Below, one piece after another: positions 54,579 through 64,000 of a stretch of 64,000 bases of DNA (position 1 is the first letter of the stretch; each line of letters opens with the position of its first letter). The position numbers were made by a program, and so were the translations under genes. Under the pieces are notes generated by a model that was not told the DNA's origin, did no database searches, and was given only the letters and a program-made list of their open reading frames with translations. Source of the DNA: the human T2T-CHM13v2.0 reference genome, Homo sapiens; the NCBI RefSeq assembly GCF_009914755.1, contig NC_060934.1; one strand, 5' to 3'.

Positions 54579-56713
54579 GAAAACTGCCTAAACCAAGTTG
54601 ATGAAGATTTTCTTCATTTTTTTTCTCTAGAAGTTTTGTAATTTTAGATTTTACATTTATATTTATGGTCCATTTTAAGTTAATTTCTATATATGGGGAG
54701 AGGTATGGATCTAAATTCAGTTTTTTGGCATATAGGTATTTGTTTTAGCACTATTTGTTGAGAAGAGTATTCTTTCTCTGTTAAAGTAGCTTTGCACCTT
54801 TGTTGAAACCATTCATATATTTGTGTTTCTATTTCTGGACTCTGCTTTGTTTCTTGATCTCTTTGTCTATTTGTATGTCAGTACAACAATGTCTTGATTA
54901 TTGTTTCTTTGTAAGTCTTGAATTCTGGGAGTGTTTTTCAGTTTTGTTCTTTTCCAATTATTTTGGCTACTCTGAGTCCTTTGTATTTCCATATGAATTT
55001 TAGAATCAGCTTGTCAGTTTCTATAAAAAGCCTACTAGGATTTTGTTTGTAATTATGTTGAGTCTATAGATCAATTTTGGGGAAAATGAATACCTTGTCA
55101 GTTTTGAGTTTCCTACATGGTATATCTGTTTATTTATTTAGTTGTTTAATCTGTCAGCAGTGTTTTTAAATTTCTAGTCAATAGATCTTGCACCTCTTTT
55201 GTCAGATTTTTCCCTAAGTAGTTAATATTTTTGGATGCTATTGTAAATGGCATTTTTTAAACTTTCACTTTTGATTGTTGCTATTATACTGAAACACAAC
55301 TGATTTGTGTATGTTTGATTTTTTATCTTGCAATCTTGCCAAACTTACTTATTACTTGTGGTAGATTTTTGCAGATTCCTTATGGCTTTCTACTTAGATG
55401 ATTATATTGTTTACAGACAAAGATATATTTACTTCTTTCTTTACAATCTAGATGCCTTTTTTTTTCTTGCCTTATTTCACTGGCCAGAACCTCTATTACA
55501 GTAATGAATAGAGGTGATGAGAGTGGTCAATCTTACTTAAGATTTAGGGGGAGATATTTGATCTTTAACCATGAAGTATGATGTTATCTGTAAGTTTTTT
55601 TTTTAGATGCCTTTTATCACACTGAGAAAGTTCCCTTCTATTCCTAGTTTGCCAAGAGTTTTTACCAGTGATGGAAACTGGATTGTATTAAATGCATTTT
55701 CTGTGCCCATTGAGATAATCATATGATTTTTTCAAGTTTGTTAACATGGTGAATTATGTACATAATTTTTGAATGTTAAACCAACCTTACATTCCTAAGA
55801 TAAACTTCCTCTGACACAATATGCTTTCCTTTTTATTTTAGGTTGGATTTGGTTTGTTAAAGTTTTATTTAGAATTTTTGTATCTGTGTTCATGAGAGAT
55901 ATTAGTCTGCACTTTTCTTATAATATATGACTAGTTTTGGTGACAAGATAATGCTGGCCTCATATAATGAGCACCATGGGACTCTCCTGATCATTTGCTG
56001 AAAGAGTTTTTAGGGAATTGGCATTATTTCTTCATTAGTGTTTGGTGGAATTCACCATCGACACCCTCTAGGCCTGAAGTTTTCTTTAACTCCAAATTCA
56101 ACTTTTATTAATATACATTCAACTTATTTAATATACAGAAGGCTATATGACTAGAATCCTTTAAAATTTATTGGCCAGAATATTGTCTATCTTGGTTAAG
56201 TATTTTTTTGGGCGTGTGAAAATAATGTGTATTCTTCTATTGATGGGTGGAGTGTTGTATACATTTCAGTTAGGTCAACTTGGTTGATAGTCTTGTTCAA
56301 GTCTTCTACAACCATTCTGATTTTCTGTCTGTTTTTACCACTTATTGAGAGAAGGGTATCTTCAGTTATAATTTTGTATTTACCTGTTTGTCCCTGCAGT
56401 CTTATCTGTTTATCCTTCATGTATTTTGAAACTATGTTATTAGGTGCATAAAATTTTGGATTATGTCCTCCTGATAAACTGAGCCTTTATCGTTATCCAA
56501 TGACCATTTGTTGAAAAGACTATCCTTTTTTCATTAATGTCTTTGTACCTTTATTGAAAGTTAATTGGACGTCTTTATGTATATTTATTTTTTGACTCTT
56601 TTCTGTTCCATTGATCCATATCTCTATCCTTTTGCAAATTCCTCACTTTATTAATGTATGTATGTACTTTATTAATGTATGTATATGTGTATATATATAT
56701 ATACATACATATA

Positions 56714-56976
56714 TTTGAGATGGAGTCTCACTCTGTTGCCCAGGCTGGAGTGCAGTGGCATGGTATCAGCTCACTGAAATCTCTGCTCGTCAGGTTCAAG
56801 CGGTTCTCCTGCCTCAGCCTCTTGAGCAGCTGGGATTACAAGCATGTGCCACCTCACCTGGCTAATTTTTGTATTTTTGGTAGAGATGAGGTTTTGCCAT
56901 GTTGGCCAGGCTGGTGGTCTCTAACTCCTGACCTCAGGTGATCCACCCACCTCGGCCTCCCAAAATGCTAGGATTA
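56714..56976 (-). mobile_element. AluS, 5'-truncated, with a (TA/TATG)n tail
   Basis: Reverse Alu body ending CCCAAAATGCTAGGATTA. Confidence 0.9.
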
Positions 56977-57293
56977 GTATATTTTTACAGTAAATCTTGA
57001 AGTTAGATAATGAGATTCCCCCAACTTTATTTTTATTTTTGAAAATTTACTTGGTTCATTTTGTTTTTCATATACATTTTAGAACTGTTTGTCAATTAAA
57101 AAAGTCTTGCTGGGATTTTTATTGAGATTGTGTTGACTTAGTAAATCATTTTGAGGAGAATTGATATGTAAATAATATTGAATTATCTCGTTCTTCATTG
57201 CAGTATGTTTTTTTCATCTATTTGGGTTTTCATTGATTTTTTACAACAGTTTTTTGTAGTTATCAGATACAGATTCTGTGTATATATTTTTAG

Positions 57294-57594
<301 letters not shown>

Positions 57595-57741
57595 ATATTT
57601 TTTGATTTTATACCAAAATATTTTATGTTCTTTAAGGCTATTGTAGTTGGTAGTATTTCTTTTAATTTCAATTTCCAGTTTGTAGACTTTAAAAAAATAA
57701 TCAGGGAAATCTTTCTTTGGTGATATTTCCTCGCCCATATC

Positions 57742-59490
57742 TCTTTATTTTTTATTTTTGTGGTTACGTTATAGGTGTATATATTTATGGGATAAATGAG
57801 ATATTTTGATACAGGTATACAATGCCTAATAACCACATCAGGGTAAATAGGGTATTCATTACCTCAAGCATTTATCCTTTCTTTGTGTTATAAACAATTC
57901 ATACTAATTATACTTTCTACCCATTAACCATCCCCATTTCCCCCACTCCAATACCTTTCCCAGCCTCAGGTAACCATCATTCTACTCTATCTCCATGAAT
58001 TCAACTATTTTAATTTTTAGCTCCCAGAAATAACTGAGAAAATGCAATGTTTGTCTTTCTGTGCCTGGCTTATTTCATGTAATGTAATGACGTCCAGTTC
58101 CATCCATGTTGTTGTGAATGACAGGATATCATTCTTTTTTATGGCTGAATAGTACTCCCTTGTGTATATGTACCACAGTTTATTTATCCATTCATTTCTT
58201 GATGGACATTTTGGTTGCTTCCAAATTTTGGCTGTTGTGAATAGAGCTGCAGAAAACATTGAAGTACAGCTGTCTCTTCAATATACTGATTTCCTTTCTT
58301 TTAGGTAAATACCTAGCAGTGGGATTGCTGAATCATATGGTAGCTCTATTTTTAATTTTTTGAGGAACCTGCAAACTGTTCTGCATAGTAGTTACACTAA
58401 TTTACCTTCCCACCAACAATGTAAGAGGGTTCCCTTTTCTCTATATCCTTGCCAGCATTTGTTTCTGTCTGCCTTTTGGATATGAGCTATTTAACTGGAG
58501 TGAGATAATATCACATTGTAGTTTTGATTTTCATTTCTCTGATGATCAGTGATGTTGAGCATCTTTTTATTTACCTTTTGACATTGGTATGTCTTCTTTT
58601 GAGAAATGTCTATTCAGATCTTTTGCATATTTTTGAATTGGATTATTAGATTTTTTTTCTTACAGCATTGTTTGAGCTTATTATATAATCTGGTTATTAA
58701 TCCCTTGTCAGAATGATAGTTTGCAAATATTTTCTTCCATTCTGTGGATCGTCTCTTCATGTTGTTGATTGTTTCCTTTGCTGTGCAGAAACTTTTTAAC
58801 TCGATATGATCCCATTTATCCATTTTTGCTTTGGTTGCCTGTACTTGTGGGGTATTACTCAAGAAATCTTTGCCTAGTCTCCAGGTGTCCTGGAGAGTTT
58901 TCCCAATGTTGTAGTAGTTTCATAGTTTGAGGTCTTAGATTTCTAAGTCTTTAATCCATTTTCATTTGATTGTTGTATATGGTGAGAGATAGGGGTCCAG
59001 CTTCATTATTCTTCATATGGATATCCAGTATTCCCAGCACAATTTATTGAGGAGACTGTTACTTCCCCAGTGTATGTGCTTGACACCTTTGTCAAAAATG
59101 AGTTCACTGTAAGTATGGATTTATTCTGGGTTCCCTATTCTGTAATTGCTCTATGTGTCCTTTTTTTTTCTCTTTTTTTTAATGCCAGTACCATGCTGCT
59201 TTGGTTACTATAGCTCTGTGGTATAATTTAAAGTCAGGTAATATGATGCTTCCAGTATTGCTCTTTTTGCTTAGAATGGCTTTGGCTATTCTGGGTCTTT
59301 TTGGCTCTGCATACATTTTATGATTTTTTTTCTATTTTTGTGAAAAATGTCATTGGCATTTTGATAGGGATTGCCTTGAATCTGTAGATTGTTTTGGATA
59401 GTATGGACATTTTAACAATATTGATTCTTCCAATCCATGAGCATGAAATATCTTTCCATTTTTTTTGGTGTCTTCTTCAATTTCTTTCAT
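57742..59490 (-). mobile_element. L1MA (MA1-3-like) 3' UTR plus ORF2 C-terminal remnant
   Basis: Translated remnants ALFTTAKIWKQPKCPS..EWINKLWYIYT.EYYSAIKKN and [24 protein letters not shown]; L1MA-type 3' end. Confidence 0.9.
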
Positions 59491-60749
59491 TTTTCCCCTG
59501 CCTAGAGGTTTGTGGAACTTTGAACTTCAGCGAGATGATTTAAGGTATCTGGCAGAAGAAATTTCTAAGCAGCAAAGCATTCAAGATGTGACTTGGGTGC
59601 TGTTAAAGGCATTCCATTCTCAAAGGGAAACAGAGCATAAAAATTTGGGAAATGTACAGCCTGACAATGATAGAAAAGAAAATCCCATTTTCTGAGGAGA
59701 AATTTAAGCCAGCTGCAGAAATTTGCATGAGTAACGAGAAGCCAAATGTTAATTTCCAAGACAATGGGGAAAATGTCCCCAGGCCACGTCGGAGATCTTC
59801 GGGGCAGCCCCTCTCATCACAGGCCTGGAGGCATAGGAGGAAAAAATGGTTTTGTGGGCCAGGCCCAGGGTTCCTGTGCTGTATGCAGCCTAGGGACTTG
59901 GTGTCCCTTGTCCCAGCTGCTCTAGCTATGACTAAAAGGGGCCAAGGTGCAGCTCAGGCTGTGGCTTCAGAGGGTGCAAGCTCCAAGCCTTGGCAGCTTC
60001 CATGTGGTGTTGAGCCTGCGGGTGCACAGGAGTCAAGAATCGAGGTTTGGGAACCTCTGTCTGCATTTCAGAAGATTTATGGAAACGCCTGGATGTCCAG
60101 GCAGAAGTTTGCTGCAGGGGTGGGACTCTCATGGAGAACCTTTGTATGTCAGTGTGGAAGGGAAAAGTGGGGTTGGAGCCCCCACACAGAGTCCCTACTG
60201 GAACATTGCCTAGTGGAGCTGTGAGAAGAGGGCCACTGTCCTGCAGACCCCAGAACAGTAGATGCTCCTACACCTTGCACCATGTGCCTGGAAAAGCCGC
60301 AGATGTTCAACGACAGCCCATGAAAGCAGCCAGGATGAGGCTGTACTCTGCAAAGCCACAGGGTCGGAGCTGCCCAAGACCATGGGAACCCACCTCTTGC
60401 ATCAGCATGACCTAGATGTGAGACCTGGAGTCAAAGGAGATCATTTTGGAGCTTTAAAATTTGACTACCCTGTTGGATTTCGGACTTGCATAGGCCCTGT
60501 AACCCCTTTGTTTTGGCCAATTTCTCCCATTTGGAATGGCTGTATTTATCCAATACCTATACCCCCATTGTATCTAGGAAGTAACTAGCTTGCTTTTGAT
60601 TTTACAGGCTCATAAATGGAAAAAACTTGCCTTGTCTCAGATGAGACCTTGGGGGTGCTGAAATGAGTTAAGACTTTGGGGGACTGTTGGGAAAGCATCA
60701 TTTGTTTTGAAATGTGAGGACATGAGATTTGGAGGGGCCAGGGGCAGAA
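59488..60749 (+). mobile_element. THE1 internal sequence (5' part and 5' LTR missing)
   Basis: TTGTGGAACTTTGAACTT, GCAGAAGAAATTTCTAAGCAGCAAAGCATTCAAG, polypurine tract GGAGGGGCCAGGGGCAGAA before the LTR. Confidence 0.92.
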
Positions 60750-61111
60750 TGATATGGTTTGGCTGTGTTCCCATTCAAGCCTCAGTTTGAATTGTATCTC
60801 CTAGAATTTTTTGATGTGTTATGTAAAGGAATTACCCAGCGGGAGGTAATTGAATCATGGGGGCCAGTCTTTCCCGTGCTATTCTCGTGATAGTGAGTAA
60901 GTCTCAACAATATCTGCTGGGTTTATCAGGTGTTTCTGCTTTTGCTTCTTCCTCATTTTTCTCTTGCCACTGCCATGTAAGAAGTGCCTTTCACCTCCCA
61001 CCATGATTCTGAGGCCTCCCCAGCCATGTGGAACTGTAAGTCTGGTTAAATCTCCTTTTCTTCCCAGTTTTGGGTGTGTCTTTATCAGCAGTGTGAAAAT
61101 GGACTAATACA
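60750..61111 (+). mobile_element. THE1A-like 3' LTR
   Basis: TGATATGGTTTGGCTGTG...GCCATGTAAGAAGTGCCTTTC...GGACTAATACA. Confidence 0.92.
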
Positions 61112-63899
61112 CTTGGTAATTTATAATGAATAGAGATATATTGGCTCATGATTCTGGAGGCTGGGAAGTCTAAGATCAAGAGGCTGACATCTTGTAAGGG
61201 CTTTCTTGCTGCATCATCCTGTGGCAGAGGGTAAATAGAGGGTCAAGGGATAGGCAAAAGCATTCAAATCTCATCCTTTTATAAGGAACCCATTCCCCTG
61301 ATAATGAACTCACTCCTGAGGTAACAGCGTTAATGCCCTCATGGTTTAATCACCTCCCATTATGCCCCACCTCTCAACACTAATCCAGAGCCTTCACTCA
61401 GTCCAGCACCAACTCAAAAGTCCAAAGTCTAGGGTCTCTTCTAAATCAGATGTAGGTGAGACTCAAGGCACAATTCATCCTGGGGCAAATTCCCTTCCAG
61501 CTGTGAGCCTGTGAAATCAAAACAAGTTGTTTACTTCCAAAGTGCAATGGTGAGACAGGTATAGGATCTACATTCCCGTTCCAAAAGAAAAAAAGGGGTA
61601 ACAGGCCCCAAATAAGTCCAGAACCCAACAGAACAAACAATGTTAAATCTGAAAGCTAGAGAATAATCTTTTTTGACTTTATGTTTCGCCTTCTGAGCAT
61701 ACTTGGATGAGGATTGGGCTCCCAAGACCTCAGGCAGCCCAGCCCTTAGGCTTTGCTGGGCTGAGCCTACATAGCAGCTCTCATGGGTTGGAGGCTCATG
61801 CCTGCCGCTCTTATAGTCTGAGGCTGCACATGGGTGACTCTATAGTTCTGAGGTCTCAGAGGCAGCCCTGCTCCCATGGCCCTATTAGGCATTGCTCTAG
61901 CAAGTACTTTATGATGAGTCTGCTGCTGTAGCATCCTTTCAGATCTACATTGAGGTAGCCGCATCTCCACAACTTGTGCAGTCTGTGCACCTGCAGAATT
62001 GGCACCACATGGATGGATACCACCAAGGTTTATTTCCTATACTTTTCAGAGCTGCAGCCAGAGACACACCCTGGTTTGCTTGAACAGTGACTGGGGAGGC
62101 TAAGGGAAGCTGTGCCAGAATGCAGGGAGCAGATACTTGAGGCAGCACAGGGCAGTGAATGCTGAGGTCCCATAGATGCCTTTCTGGAAACTGTGATCTC
62201 AGGATCCTAGATGGGAGGGGCAGCCCAGGAGACCTCTGAAATGCCTTCAAGATCTCTTTCTATCTTGATGAATAGCACGTGACTTCCTTTTATCCATGCT
62301 AATCCCCTTATGCAAGGGTTCCTTGGCCACACCCTTGCATGCTTTGCTTTTTTGTTCTTTACATATACAAACTGTGACTTTTCCAAATCATTACTTTCTG
62401 CTTCCCTTTTCATAATATGTTTTGTTTTTAAATCATTCTACCTTCTCGCATCTTTACTATATGCAGTTAAAAGTAGCCACGCAGCTCTTTCAATATTTTG
62501 CTTAGAAATTTCTTCCACCAGATATCCTAGTGAAGTGGCTACATTGTCTGGGGTATATACCCTGGGGTTCATCATCATGCACCAGGAAAATTTAGGGCAT
62601 GGACACACACAAGGGGTTTAGGAGTAGAGGTTTAGTAGGTAGAAGATAAGAGAAAGAGAAACAGCCTCCTTTATAAAGGGAGGGGTCTCTGATCGGAAAG
62701 GACTGGCTGGTGGCAAATGTGCCGAGTTTTATAGTCCAGTTTGAGGAGGCAGTGTCTGATTTCTATAGGGGTCACAGATTGGTTAGATCAGGTATGAAGT
62801 TTACATAGTGCATGGGGAAGGCTGGTTGCCCCACCATAATCTTCTTATGAAAATGGATTTCCCAGTTGATCAGCATCATCTTGTCTGCTCCTTACAATAC
62901 ACATGGCTGGCAGAGAAGAGAGGATGGAGCCACCATTTTGAAAATGTCTAGTCCTTAGTTCCTGTCAGCATTCACCCATGCAAGCTCTCAGCTTGCAGGC
63001 TGCTCCTTGTTAGAAAATGATTTGGGGCTGCTTTTCATTGAAAAGGAAAGCCTTACCAAGCACTCCCATGCCCTTGTTCTCTGACTAAGTAATTCCTTTC
63101 TAACTCCCATTATACTAGCTTATTGCTCTTAAATTCTGCCTTCCATGAAGCACTCAGATATGGGCACAATTCAGCCAAGTTATTTGCTGCTTCATGTCAA
63201 GGATGGCTATTACTCCAGTTTGCAGTATCTCTTTCCTCCTTTCTGTCTGAGATCTCCTCAGAGTTCCCTTTACTCTCCACATTTCTGCCAATATTCTGAT
63301 CATAAGCACTAATGTAATCTCTACAAAGTTTTAGGCTTTCCCTGCAGTTCTCTTCTGAGCCCTCATCAGAATCATCCTTAATGTTCTTTTCATACCAATA
63401 CAAGTTTTTTCTAGCCTTTTTTTTCCCAAACTCTCCCAGCCTCTACTTATTGCTGAGTTTCAAAGTGGCTTCCCTATTTTCAGATATTTGATAAAGCAGT
63501 GTTCTATGCTTCAATACCAGTTTTTTGTGTTATTCAGTTTTGTGCTGCTATAACAGAATACTTGAGACCTAGTGATTTATAATGAATAAAAATTTATTGG
63601 CTTATGATTCTGTTGGGAAGGCCAAGATTGAGGGGCCAGAATTTGGCAAGAGCTTTCTTGTTGCATCATTGCATGACAGAAGAGCAAAGAGAGGGTGAAG
63701 AGAGAAAGAGAGGAGGGCAAAAGGGGGTGAAATCATCCTTTTATAAGGAACTCATTCCTGCAATAACAGCATTAATCCATTCATGAGGGCTATGCTCTCA
63801 TGGCCTAATCATCTCTCATTAGGTTCCACATCCCCACACTGTTGTATCGGGGATTAAGTTTTCAACACTTTTTTGGAGGGACACATTCAAACCATAGCA
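61112..63899 (-). mobile_element. MST (MSTC/D-like) MaLR provirus: 5' LTR 63526-63899, internal ~61385-63525, truncated 3' LTR ~61112-61380
   Basis: Two related LTR copies (TTTATAATGAATA...ATTGGCT.ATGATTCTG...ATCCTTTTATAAGGAAC); MST-int motifs GGTGAGACTCAAGGCACAATTCATCCTG. Confidence 0.85.
62531..63114 (-). mobile_element. LTR9-family ERV1 solo LTR nested in the MST internal region
   Basis: TGAAGTGGC..TTGTCTGGGGTA.ATACCC...TTAGAAAATGATTTGGGGCTGCTTTTCATT; 4-bp TSD CTAG (62527-62530 / 63115-63118). Confidence 0.8.
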
Positions 63900-64000
63900 G
63901 AGACTCTGCTTCATGTCAAGGATGGCTGTTATTCCAGTTTGCAATATCTCTTTCCTCCTTTCTGTCTGAGATCTCCTCAGAATTGCCTCACAATTAAATA

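Noticed and set aside
56095-56690. Short ~21-bp tandem duplications (ATTCAACTTTTATTAATATAC near 56096; ACTTTATTAATGTATGTATGT near 56646)
   Set aside because: Ordinary slippage duplications in AT-rich L1-derived DNA.
58017-58862. ORFs resembling the L1 ORF2 C-terminus
   Set aside because: Broken remnants of an old L1MA; not an intact ORF2.
59652-60224. 190-aa ORF in THE1 internal sequence
   Set aside because: Residue of the known MaLR internal ORF; frameshifted relative to flanking pieces and lacking the 5' LTR promoter.
61015-61027. PRDM9 hotspot motif position in the THE1 LTR
   Set aside because: Reads CCTCCCCAGCCAT, missing the T at position 7 and the C at position 13 of CCNCCNTNNCCNC; this is the ordinary non-hot version.

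Overview
Primate genomic DNA, almost certainly human because it carries AluYa5 insertions. It is the 5' end of ATRNL1 (attractin-like 1, 10q25.3). Bases ~1-46,700 are AT-rich, repeat-dense intergenic DNA (Alu, MIR, L2, L1, MER41, MER34, MaLR LTRs, hAT/Tc1-mariner fossils). A CpG island (~46,770-48,600) holds the ATRNL1 promoter and first coding exon (ATG 48018, donor 48310/48311; signal peptide plus first EGF-like module). The rest is intron 1, a nest of old L1s, Alus and LTR elements. ATRNL1 exon 1 is the only supportable host coding sequence; the other ORFs are repeat-derived or by-products of GC content. I found no convincing new multi-gene system. The most unusual object is a tailless solo L1PA 5'UTR (33049-33512) with a 17-bp target-site duplication. 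It carries an intact, extended ORF0 pointing at ATRNL1, and its splice donor is in the same phase as ATRNL1 intron 1. Other leads: a 31-codon uORF and an in-frame CUG in the ATRNL1 leader, an inverted pair of AluYa5 elements, a MER41 LTR with GAS and double-ETS motifs, several rearrangement scars, and the recalled link of this locus to the mardel(10) neocentromere. Repeat names come from recalled consensus sequences, so subfamily labels need RepeatMasker/Dfam confirmation.
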